From the NCBI GenBank assembly GCA_023379935.1, contig JAMCPD010000018.1:4567-68566 (forward strand): DNA of 64,000 nt, read 5' to 3'. The notes beneath the pieces are model-generated. The model was given only the letters and a program-made list of their open reading frames with translations, ran no database searches and had not been told where the DNA came from. Positions 11,680-20,300 of the stretch are shown one piece after another. How positions within the stretch are numbered: the stretch's first letter is position 1; each line of letters opens with the position of its first letter. The translations under genes and the position numbers were made by a program. The stretch is from Actinomycetota bacterium (lineage in GTDB: Bacteria; Actinomycetota; Acidimicrobiia; Acidimicrobiales; JAMCPD01).

Positions 11680-12966
11680 TTGGTGAAGATGGTTTTCGAA
11701 GATTTAGAGTACAGAGGACTCGTTTACCAGTTCAGCGATCCATTGTTGAAGAAACTACTGGACTTAGAACAACTGGTAGTTTATGCCGGTTTTGATCCTA
11801 CCTCCGATTCGTTACATGTTGGTCACCTGCTGCAGATCTGCAACTTGAGACGCTTGGCCGAGAAAGGACACAAGCCCATCGTTGTACTTGGCGGTGCAAC
11901 GGGAATGATAGGTGACCCCTCAGGTAAGACAGAAGAGAGGCCATTGATGGAACCTGAACTGTTGAACCATAACATCAAATCCCTACAGGTACAGTTTGAA
12001 CGGTTATTGGGAGAAAAATACCCGGTGAAAGGTGGCAATTCTCCGATCATAGTAAACAACTTGGACTGGATGAATGACCTGGGATTACTTGATTTCCTTC
12101 GAGATATCGGCAAACATTTTGGCATAGGGCAGATGATAGCGAAAGAGTCAGTCCGCTCCCGTATTGGAGAACATGCTGTCGGTATATCTTTTACCGAGTT
12201 TAGTTATATGTTGTTACAGGCATATGACTTCTTGCACCTGTATGATACCTTCGGTTGTCGTTTACAGATAGGTGCGTCTGATCAGTGGGGGAATATAACT
12301 ATGGGAATAGAGTTGATCGCAAACATGCGCAAAGCCACGGTTTTTGGTTTGACATCGCCGCTTATCGTAAAATCTGACGGTACTAAATTCGGTAAGACCG
12401 AGTCCGGCACTATTTGGCTTGATGAGAAAAAGACCAGCCCATATCGACTGTATCAGTTTTTTTACAATGCCTCCGACACTGAAGTTGCAACCTGGCTTCG
12501 TTATTTTACCGATCTGTCACATCAGGATCTAAGCGAATTAGATAATGAGGTCACAACAGCTCCAGCTGATAGGGTTGCTCAGCGTGAACTTGCCCGCCAA
12601 GTTACAACTATGGTCCATAACAAGCAGGCGGCCGACAGAGCAGAGTTTGCATCAAAGGCCCTCTTTGGAGGTGAGCTATCACTTTTGGACGAAAAAACAC
12701 TCTTAGATGTCTTTTCCGACGTGCCGTCAGTCGTATTTCCCAGAACTAACTTGGGTGAGATGACATTGGTGGATATGATGGTTGAATCCAATATCGCACC
12801 TTCTCGTGGGAGCGCGAGGCGAACTATTGACCAAGGAGGAGTCTATCTGAACAACTTACCAGTAAGGGACACCGAATTACGTATAGATACAAGCAGGCTG
12901 CTCTGCGATGCTTACTTAGTGTTGAAAAAGGGAAAGCGAGAGATTCGGTTACTGCGTTTTGCCTGA
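11680..12966 (+). CDS. tyrS: Tyrosine--tRNA ligase
   Basis: HVGHL (HIGH) and KFGKT (KMSKS-type) motifs, plus a C-terminal S4-like domain. The start could be ATG 11689. Confidence 0.9.
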   Translation: MVKMVFEDLEYRGLVYQFSDPLLKKLLDLEQLVVYAGFDPTSDSLHVGHLLQICNLRRLAEKGHKPIVVLGGATGMIGDPSGKTEERPLMEPELLNHNIKSLQVQFERLLGEKYPVKGGNSPIIVNNLDWMNDLGLLDFLRDIGKHFGIGQMIAKESVRSRIGEHAVGISFTEFSYMLLQAYDFLHLYDTFGCRLQIGASDQWGNITMGIELIANMRKATVFGLTSPLIVKSDGTKFGKTESGTIWLDEKKTSPYRLYQFFYNASDTEVATWLRYFTDLSHQDLSELDNEVTTAPADRVAQRELARQVTTMVHNKQAADRAEFASKALFGGELSLLDEKTLLDVFSDVPSVVFPRTNLGEMTLVDMMVESNIAPSRGSARRTIDQGGVYLNNLPVRDTELRIDTSRLLCDAYLVLKKGKREIRLLRFA

Positions 12967-13650
12967 GGTTATTAGAGTTTTATCTCCCGACTTTCCTTTG
13001 CGGACTTTATCAAGCAACTGTTCAAGGATTAACTGTGGATCTACTCCCTTGATCCAACAGATAATAGTGGCAGTAATTCCTACACAGTCAACAATTGTGA
13101 CAACTATAGGCGGGATGCCGTTTCCATAAGGTTCGGGCAGAGCATGTAGTGAGTAGAACAGTCCTTGTGCTCCAGCCCCCATGTCCCAAAAAAAAGCGGC
13201 AATGACGGAGCCATAAAAATAGTCTGAGTCTTTGAACCACAGCATCGGTCCCAACCATGCAAAGAAGAGTAATGACCAAAGGGGTCCAATGCGAAAAGAG
13301 TCGGGTATCAGCCCCGCGGCAGGGAAAAACAACATACCTATAAGAAACAGCAGAAAAGCAAGCTTGTTGATCGGCACACTTATAGCAGGTAAAAACGCTA
13401 TGCAAAGAAATATCCCGGCAGGTATTGCCAAAAACATGGTTGAAAATCCATGCCAAGACTGCGGTAACAGCAAGATCAGCAGATGTACGGTTGCAACTTT
13501 CGGAATGGCACCAAAAGTCTTGACAAGTGGAATGGTCTCGGAAAATAGAAGCCAAAGTATTAACGAAACCCCACAAAACGCTTTTACCGCTGCATTATTT
13601 ATGAAAGGGTGAGCATCAGGCAAACCGGTTGATTGTTGATTACTTTCCAT
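12949..13650 (-). CDS. Polytopic membrane protein, function unknown
   Basis: 233-aa ORF with multiple hydrophobic segments. Its 3' end overlaps the tyrS 3' end by 18 nt (convergent). Confidence 0.6.
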   Translation of the reverse strand: MESNQQSTGLPDAHPFINNAAVKAFCGVSLILWLLFSETIPLVKTFGAIPKVATVHLLILLLPQSWHGFSTMFLAIPAGIFLCIAFLPAISVPINKLAFLLFLIGMLFFPAAGLIPDSFRIGPLWSLLFFAWLGPMLWFKDSDYFYGSVIAAFFWDMGAGAQGLFYSLHALPEPYGNGIPPIVVTIVDCVGITATIICWIKGVDPQLILEQLLDKVRKGKSGDKTLITSGKTQ

Positions 13651-13947
13651 ATCTTCACGATAACATAGTTTGACCAGTTCTGTATTTTCTCAATCGCGCC
13701 GAGGATCCATTCATCCGGATCATCAGAGCACTTTAACGGCTGGTTGATCCCCAAGTGCCACTAACCGTGAGTGGTCGAGAACACTGCAGAGTGAGCTGGC
13801 TCCAATTTCTCAGCTGCCCCGGCAGACTCGACAACGCAATACAACCCGAGCTTCCCGGCCAACTTCTCCAGATTAGTAATTTCCCAGCCAGATATTCCCA
13901 CTCGTCGTCTTTTTGCCTGACTCACGGTTTAGGAAACAGATAGAGTT

Positions 13948-14020
13948 AGTCCGTCTAGTAGTGTCTAGTATCATTTTGCCTGTTCAGTCGGGGTGTCAGT
14001 CCGTCTAGTATCGTCTCGTA
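13948..14020. repeat. Phased direct repeats GTCT(A/C)GTA x4 (two pairs, 10 bp within a pair, 50 bp between pairs)
   Basis: gtctagta at 13953, 13963 and 14003; gtctcgta at 14013. The 13-mer agtccgtctagta occurs at 13948 and 13998. Confidence 0.8.
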
Positions 14021-14032
14021 TTAGGCAATATC

Positions 14033-14099
14033 GGGAATTTGATTCCCATTTGATTCCCAAAAGTGCCTCCAAATTCCTATCAAATACAGATTTGATAGG
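14033..14099. repeat. ATTTGAT-motif cluster: tandem atttgattccc x2, plus a perfect hairpin/palindrome with 10-bp arms
   Basis: atttgattccc at 14037-14047 and 14048-14058. cctatcaaat-acag-atttgatagg at 14076-14099. Confidence 0.8.
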
Positions 14100-14108
14100 A
14101 AACACATT

Positions 14109-14139
14109 GTGACAGTATACCGTTTTAGTGGTATACTGT
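14109..14139 (+). promoter_or_regulatory. Candidate leaderless promoter with overlapping palindromic operator for the RHH-PIN operon
   Basis: -35 GTGACA (14109-14114), a 17-nt spacer, -10 TATACT (14132-14137), then 6 nt to ATG 14144. Perfect inverted repeat ACAGTATACC-n8-GGTATACTGT at 14112-14139. Confidence 0.45.
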
Positions 14140-14143
14140 TTAT

Positions 14144-14446
14144 ATGGCTAAAAAGAAGATAACACTCTATATAGATGAATCTGTAGCTAAGGCAGCCAAA
14201 GTGTCTGCTATTGCTACAAAGTGTACTGAAAGTGTCTTGGTTGAAAAAGCAATAATTTCGTATCTTGACACTAAGGACATCAAAACCGCTAAAGCCGATC
14301 TTATTAAATTGTTGGATGAAGTCGCTGTATCTTCAAATCTAGTCAATATATCAGAAGACGATATTATTGACCTAGCGGTAAAAGAGACCAAATTAGTCCG
14401 CAAGAATAGACAAGATAAACAACAATCAAAAGCAAACATTAGTTGA
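14144..14446 (+). CDS. Ribbon-helix-helix (CopG-like) antitoxin
   Basis: KITLYIDESVAKAAKVSAIATKCTESVLVEKAIISYL fits a strand-helix-helix pattern. Its stop overlaps the TTG of the downstream PIN frame (TTGA). Confidence 0.6.
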   Translation: MAKKKITLYIDESVAKAAKVSAIATKCTESVLVEKAIISYLDTKDIKTAKADLIKLLDEVAVSSNLVNISEDDIIDLAVKETKLVRKNRQDKQQSKANIS

Positions 14447-14870
14447 CCACTCCATTGCGAGCAATAGCTGACACTAATGTATTCGTTTCAGCTATTTGCT
14501 TTCCTTCGGGTGTTGGTGCCAAATTGCTTTCATTGGGATTGACGGCAGTTGGCCAATAGTTGCATCACCGATATTACTCAATGAACTAAGTGAGGTGCTT
14601 TTGAGAAATAAATTTCGTCGCTACCTTGGAGTAGATCAATGCCAAAGATATATTTCAGATATAGAAACCCTCGCAGAAGTTATCGACGACCCACTATCCG
14701 CTCCTCTTAGGGTTACTCGTGATCCTAAGGACGATTTCCTTATAGCTCTTGCTTACAAAGCATCTGTTGAGATTTTGATTTCTGGTGATAAAGATTTGCA
14801 AGTTCTAAAACTAAATAACTTATTAGTCCAATCTCCCAAAGAATTTCTGTCCGCCGTCAATTCTTCTTAA
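14443..14870 (+). pseudogene. PIN-domain toxin (PIN_3/TIGR00305-like) disrupted by a frameshift
   Basis: The N-terminal frame reads LRAIADTNVFVSAICFPSGVGAKLLSLGL and stops at TAG 14557. The remainder (SPILLNELSEVL...RDPKDDFLIALAYKASVEILISGDKDL) is in the ORF-track frame 14496..14870. Confidence 0.6.
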
Positions 14871-14871
14871 G

Positions 14872-15066
14872 CACCTGGTTAAAAACTATCTTCTTCCAGA
14901 TGAAAATAAGAGAACAGCTTATGCGTGTTTCAGAGAATTTGTTTTCCGCAATAACTACAGTTGGCAAACGGCCACGAGTGATGATACAGAAGTTGATGCT
15001 TCCATACTTATAAAAGCCTCAGGGCCTGAACTTGCCCATGGTGGTACAGCGCGCATCGGATCGTAG
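14872..15066 (+). pseudogene. Doc/Fic-family toxin C-terminal remnant
   Basis: My translation is HLVKNYLLPDENKRTAYACFREFVFRNNYSW...DDTEVDASILIKASG. This looks like a degenerate HxFxDGNKRTA motif plus a helper helix. There is no N-terminal half and no start. Confidence 0.4.
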
Positions 15067-15129
15067 GCTTCAGCCGAAAGTTATACTAGCATCACAGCGC
15101 CGTCGTAACTGTTTTGGTAACATTAGAGT

Positions 15130-16152
15130 ATGACCACCGACATGACGCTCTACCTTGTTGACCCTAGCAACTCAATGCACTCATCGCGAGCAGTCGGTCA
15201 CTACACCATCCGTAAAATCGAGTCCACCGGGCAGACGATCGATTCGATGAAGTGCCTCAGCATCGAGGTGGAGGCGCATGGACCACAGCAAGCACTCACG
15301 GTCGCCGATGAAAGGGGGCAACAGCATTCACTGACGGTCTCGTGGCTCCAGCTTACAGCCGTGATCTCGACGCGGACTACACCCCCCCACCCGGTGGGAC
15401 GAGTGCATATCGACGAGAAGGGCATGCTTCCCCTGGGACCCGGCAACGCCCGGTTCGGGACGTGGACGTGGATGTGGGAGGTCCGCGACGAGGATGTTGA
15501 GCTAGTGGATCAGGCACGGTCCAACCAGCCGAGCGCCCCGCTCTCCTTCCATGTGGACATTTCCGGCATTGCAAAGCTCATCGACGACAGCGGTAAGTTC
15601 CATGACTTCATTGCCGTTCGCAGCGCCGGTCCGCCGCTCCAAGTAGAGCTCTCGCACTGGGATCGACTCCTCCTGGCGCTCGGCTACACCGTGCCTCCAT
15701 CACAGGTGTCGCTCGTCACGCGAGGAACGCTGGAGCATCCAGCGTGGGCGGATGCGACGAAGCGGCTGGAGAACGCCCGCCTGCATCTGCGACACGGGGA
15801 GGGCTACGATGCTCTCCGGGAGTGCCTCAGCGCTCTCGAAGGGTTGGTCTCAGCGCCGTACAACACACCATCTTGGAAGTCCCACTTTACCTCCGTGCAA
15901 GACCAGAAAGCCGACGGCCTTGCCGAGCTGCTGTCAGGCTTCGCCACCTACTGCAACAAGATCGGGCACCACAGGGAGCGTCAGAACCGCGACGCCGCTG
16001 GCGACTTGCCCGCGATGCCCCTGGATCACTGGGAAGCTGATCTTGCTGTAGCAGTTGCCCAGTATCTACTAACCTACGCTTTTCGGCTCCGAAGCAACGG
16101 GGTGCTCACAACGCCGCCTCCACCAGTGACCTCCGCCGAGGGAAGCCAATGA
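15130..16152 (+). CDS. Hypothetical protein on a sharply GC-rich ~1-kb insert, with a helical C-terminal domain
   Basis: The 340-aa ORF has visibly GC-rich codons, and spurious overlapping ORFs appear in other frames. The composition change coincides with the ORF borders. Confidence 0.7.
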   Translation: MTTDMTLYLVDPSNSMHSSRAVGHYTIRKIESTGQTIDSMKCLSIEVEAHGPQQALTVADERGQQHSLTVSWLQLTAVISTRTTPPHPVGRVHIDEKGMLPLGPGNARFGTWTWMWEVRDEDVELVDQARSNQPSAPLSFHVDISGIAKLIDDSGKFHDFIAVRSAGPPLQVELSHWDRLLLALGYTVPPSQVSLVTRGTLEHPAWADATKRLENARLHLRHGEGYDALRECLSALEGLVSAPYNTPSWKSHFTSVQDQKADGLAELLSGFATYCNKIGHHRERQNRDAAGDLPAMPLDHWEADLAVAVAQYLLTYAFRLRSNGVLTTPPPPVTSAEGSQ

Positions 16153-16221
16153 ACAGGTCAGGCAACAAAACATGGACATAGAACTAAAGGGGTGAACAGT
16201 TGCAAATTTTAACTTAACGAA

Positions 16222-16644
16222 TTAAGTCAGAGTACCTGGTGATGTTAACCATTCAATATTCTGGCCAGTAATACTGGCGACAAATTCAAAGTCGTGATCA
16301 TAGTGTATCAATGTCAGTAAATTTCTTTCTGCTATCGCTGCAATAAGAAGATCGGGAATTCCTACTGCTCGATGGTGACCCTGCATGGCCAATTTTCCCA
16401 TTACTTCCACCGATCTATTGAAGTCTGCCTGTTCTATGTCAACTCTTTCAAAAGCTTCATTGCGTTCTTGCTTTATTCGACGAAACTCATCGTAGTTTTT
16501 AGCACTGTAAAGCACTTCTAAATCAACTATCGAACAAGTTGAAACTAATCCTTCAAGAATCAAATTCCTCACCCATTCTGCTTCAGGATACTTGAGGCGC
16601 GAAAGAGCACTTTTGTCAACCAGATATCTGGCTTTCAACGCCAT
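16222..16644 (-). CDS. vapC: PIN-domain ribonuclease toxin VapC
   Basis: YLVDKSAL (N-terminal Asp), IPDLLIAAIA and HYDHDFE motifs. It overlaps the upstream antitoxin by 10 nt. Confidence 0.8.
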   Translation of the reverse strand: MALKARYLVDKSALSRLKYPEAEWVRNLILEGLVSTCSIVDLEVLYSAKNYDEFRRIKQERNEAFERVDIEQADFNRSVEVMGKLAMQGHHRAVGIPDLLIAAIAERNLLTLIHYDHDFEFVASITGQNIEWLTSPGTLT

Positions 16645-16841
16645 GCCTGTTTCATTACATCTTCATTATCAAGTTCTAAACCATTCATGTCCACCATTCG
16701 CAAAATAAACTTCCGCCTCGCCTCATGAGCGATCACTTCCTTAAACGAGAGATCGACAGTTTCAGTCAATGTTTTTGCGCCTAAGACTGCTTTTGCCTTC
16801 TCCGCAGTATTTTCATCAATTACGATACTCGTTTTCTTCAA
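16635..16841 (-). CDS. vapB: Type II antitoxin VapB
   Basis: 68 aa, with MKKTSIVIDENTAEKAKAVLGAKTLTETVDLSFKEVI. Its position and overlap with vapC support the call. Confidence 0.7.
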   Translation of the reverse strand: MKKTSIVIDENTAEKAKAVLGAKTLTETVDLSFKEVIAHEARRKFILRMVDMNGLELDNEDVMKQAWR

Positions 16842-17243
16842 ATCTAACTCACTTTATCCATTTCAAGCTCATTATATAATATAGCACATTATCTCCATAT
16901 TGTATATATAATTATTTAATATTTATATATATAATATCACGTGCCCCAAGAAACCGTAGGTGGATCCATAGGCGTGGCATTTTATAATATCTAAGGGAGA
17001 TGGTTTCGTTTGGGTAAAGAGAAAGCATTATTTTGATCGGGCTCTCAACCCGCACACATGGGTTCTGGCTGGTAGTATACATTGATGAGCCGCAATCCTC
17101 AGACTCCTTGACCTGTTAGCCATAGCCGATTTTGAAGTTTTCGAACTTTAGCTTGCGCACCACAACCAATGATCTAACGGAAAAAAGTCAGGCAACCGAT
17201 TGACAAAATAAGATAACTCGGATAGTATTTAAGTTTAGTTGCC

Positions 17244-17270
17244 GAAACTCTAAAACAGCCGGAAACTCTA
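17244..17270 (+). promoter_or_regulatory. Direct repeat GAAACTCTA x2 (18-bp period) upstream of gltB; candidate regulator site
   Basis: ccGAAACTCTA at 17242-17252 and cgGAAACTCTA at 17260-17270, about 80-100 nt upstream of ATG 17350. Confidence 0.25.
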
Positions 17271-17349
17271 CTAACACCAGGGCCAGCGTCGTCCCTCCAA
17301 GACTTTAATAATAACTATAACTTATAATAATACTGTAACGGAGTATAAG

Positions 17350-20300
17350 ATGATAAATGATGCTGGTCACCCTAGCAATAAAACTACATTCACAGCCGCT
17401 AAAAGACAGGGACTCTATGATCCTCGATTTGAACACGATTCATGCGGTGTTGCTTTTGTTGCGGACCTTTCGGGACATCCGAGTCATGATATAGTGCAAA
17501 AAGGCCTAAGTGCCGTTTGCAACTTAGAACACAGAGGGGCATCCGGTGCAGAACCTGACACCGGCGATGGAGCAGGGATACTCATACAAATGCCACACGA
17601 GTTCTTAGCTGAAATAACCGGCCAATCTTTAGGATTTGAACTGCCGTCGCCAGGAGAATATGCCTCAGGAATCGCATTCTTGCCTAAAGAACAGGACGAC
17701 TATCTAAGGGTTATAGCCGAAGCGGCTCGCTTAGCAAAACAAGAGGGGCTAAAAGTGTTAGGGTGGCGTGAGGTAGAGATTGACGATACACAACCGGGCC
17801 CCAGTGCACGCCGTGTGATGGGACGTTTTGCTCAAGTTTTCATCAGCTGGGATGCAGCCGGTCAAACAAGGTGGAAAGAAAACGACACCACAGATATCAA
17901 AGGGGGTATAGCTTACACCTCAACTCCTTTAGATCGTGCCGCTTGGGTACTGAGAAAGCGTATTGAACATAGCGTCGAGGGAGTTTATTTCCCATCGCTT
18001 TCGACTCGCACTTTAGTATACAAAGGAATGCTCACCTCCAGCCAACTTCCTAATTTCTATGCAGATCTTTCAGATAAGAGACTGAAAAGCGCTCTGGCGT
18101 TGGTGCATTCACGTTTTTCAACAAACACCTTTCCCTCATGGCCTTTGGCGCACCCTTATCGTGTGCTTTGTCACAATGGCGAAATTAATACTCTCATAGG
18201 CAACCGGAACTGGATGACAGCCCGTGAAAATTTACTTAAAACTCAACTGGTGCCGGGTGATCTCTCAAGAATATTTCCTATTTGTACGCCCGGTGCCAGC
18301 GATTCCGCCTCTTTTGATGAGGTACTGGAGCTGCTTTATATGGGGGGGCGTTCGCTTCCTCATTCTGTTTTGATGATGATTCCCGAAGCTTGGGAAAATC
18401 ACACCTCAATGTCTCCGTCAAAACGGGCTTTTTACGAGTTCCACGCTTCAATGATGGAACCTTGGGACGGACCTGCATTTATTGCATTCAGTGATGGCAT
18501 TCTTGTAGGCGCAGTGCTCGACAGAAATGGTCTTCGCCCCGGCCGTTGGTGGCTTACATCAGACGGACTTGTAATTATGGCTTCCGAAACGGGTGTATTA
18601 GAGATTGATCATTCAAAGGTAGTCCAAAAAGGTCGTATGCAGCCGGGTAGAATGTTTCTGGCCAACTTAGAAACCCACCGCATTATTCAAGACGATGAGA
18701 TAAAAAGGGAGCTGGCATCGCAGCATCCATATCAACAATGGTTGGATAAACACCGCATTTACCTTACCGACTTACCTCCCAAGCAGATGCTGGTTCCTGT
18801 CCATTCTGTACTTTTGACCCACAAGCGGCTTTTTGGGTATACTGAAGAGGAGTTGAGGATAATACTTACCCCAATGGCGCAGAATGGGGCAGAGCCAATC
18901 GGCTCAATGGGAAACGACACACCATTGGCGGTTCTTTCCAACCGGCCCAGGATTCTTTTTGACTACTTCACGCAGCTGTTTGCCCAAGTTACCAATCCGC
19001 CGTTGGATGCTATAAGAGAGGAGATGGTAACCTCATTGTGGCCCAGAGTCGGTCCTGAGGGTAATCTGCTTAGAGCCACTGAGACCTCCTGTAAGCAGAT
19101 AGTTCTGCCCCATCCAGTTATCGATACGGATGAATTAGCCAAGTTGGTGTATGTAAATGAAGAAGGAGAACTCCCCGGTTTCAAGCCTTTTGTCATAGAC
19201 GGACTTTTTCCCGTTGGCACCAATCCCCGGGTACTAAGGAGCGAAGAAAGGGAGCCGGCCGACATAGGCACTCTCGGTGCGCGATTGAAAAATGCACTTG
19301 ATGATATCTGTATGAAGATTGACAATGCCATATCGCAAGGTTCGAATGTAATAGTTCTCTCGGATCGTCACTACACAAAAGAGTTGGCCCCCATCCCTTC
19401 ACTGTTGCTTGTAAGTACGGTTCATCATCATCTGACAAGAGAAAAATTGAGGACCAAAGTAGGGCTTATCGTTGAATGCGGCGATGCCAGGGAAGTGCAT
19501 CACATGGCTTTGCTCATAGGATATGGGGCAGCTGCGGTTAACCCATATCTGGCTTGTGACACCATCAGGGATATGGTTCGTTCAGGTCACTTGGGCAAAA
19601 CAGGCAACCGAGATGTGGAAGAGAGAAAAGCTGTTCAGAACTACATCAAAGCCGCTTCAAAGGGGGTGCTCAAAGTTATGTCCAAAATGGGCATATCAAC
19701 CGTACAGTCTTATACCGGCGCTCAGGTATTTGAAGCAATCGGCTTGAAACAAGAGTTGGTAGATGAGTATTTCACCGGCACAACAAGTCGTCTTGGCGGA
19801 ATAGGCTTGGACGAGATAGCAAGGGATATTGAAACTCGCCATAGGTTCGCATATCAGGAGCACCATGAAACCTTACCAACTTTAGAGCTTGCCGAAGGCG
19901 GAGAATATCAGTGGCGCAGAAACGGCGAATACCATTTATTTAACCCTTTTACAATATTTAAACTGCAGTACTCATGCCAGTCGGGCAACTATCAACTGTT
20001 CAAGGAGTACACAAAGGCCATAGATGATCAATCGACCCAGCTTGCCACCCTGCGCGGGCTTATGCGCCTGAGAACAGCCGGAGAGGTCCGTCCCCCGGTG
20101 CCAATAGAAGAGGTGGAACCGGTTTCTGATATTGTAAAGCGTTTTGCCACCGGAGCCATGTCTTACGGGTCTATTTCACAAGAAGCACATGAGACCTTGG
20201 CTATAGCCATGAACCGCATTGGTGCCCGTTCCAATACGGGTGAAGGTGGTGAAGATCCTGATCGTTGGATAACTCTTGAGAGTGGGGGTTTGATGAGAGG

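Noticed and set aside
12949-12966. 18-nt convergent overlap of tyrS and the membrane-protein gene as a regulatory feature
   Set aside because: Short 3' overlaps are common in compact genomes, and nothing else supports a function.
13088-13612. ORFs 13088..13576(-), 13104..13289(-) and 13232..13612(+) inside the membrane-protein gene
   Set aside because: They are alternative frames or antisense readings of 12949..13650, whose translation has a coherent TM pattern. Their translations are Cys/Arg-rich and implausible.
13650-13945. Possible integrase or excisionase remnant left of the TA islet
   Set aside because: I translated all three minus frames and examined the listed plus-strand ORF (13755..13943). 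No recombinase (R..HxxR..Y) or HTH excisionase pattern was recognisable, so this is left uncalled.
15201-16051. Overlapping ORFs 15201..15446(-), 15377..15574(-), 15744..16040(+), 15752..16051(+)
   Set aside because: These are typical stop-poor alternative frames of GC-rich DNA. All are nested in the 340-aa ORF and have Arg/Pro/Ala/Gly-rich, low-complexity translations.
16860-16940. AT-rich low-complexity TATA-type stretch next to vapB, considered as a repeat element
   Set aside because: It has no defined unit or flanking inverted repeats. It is most simply the vapBC promoter region or the islet boundary.
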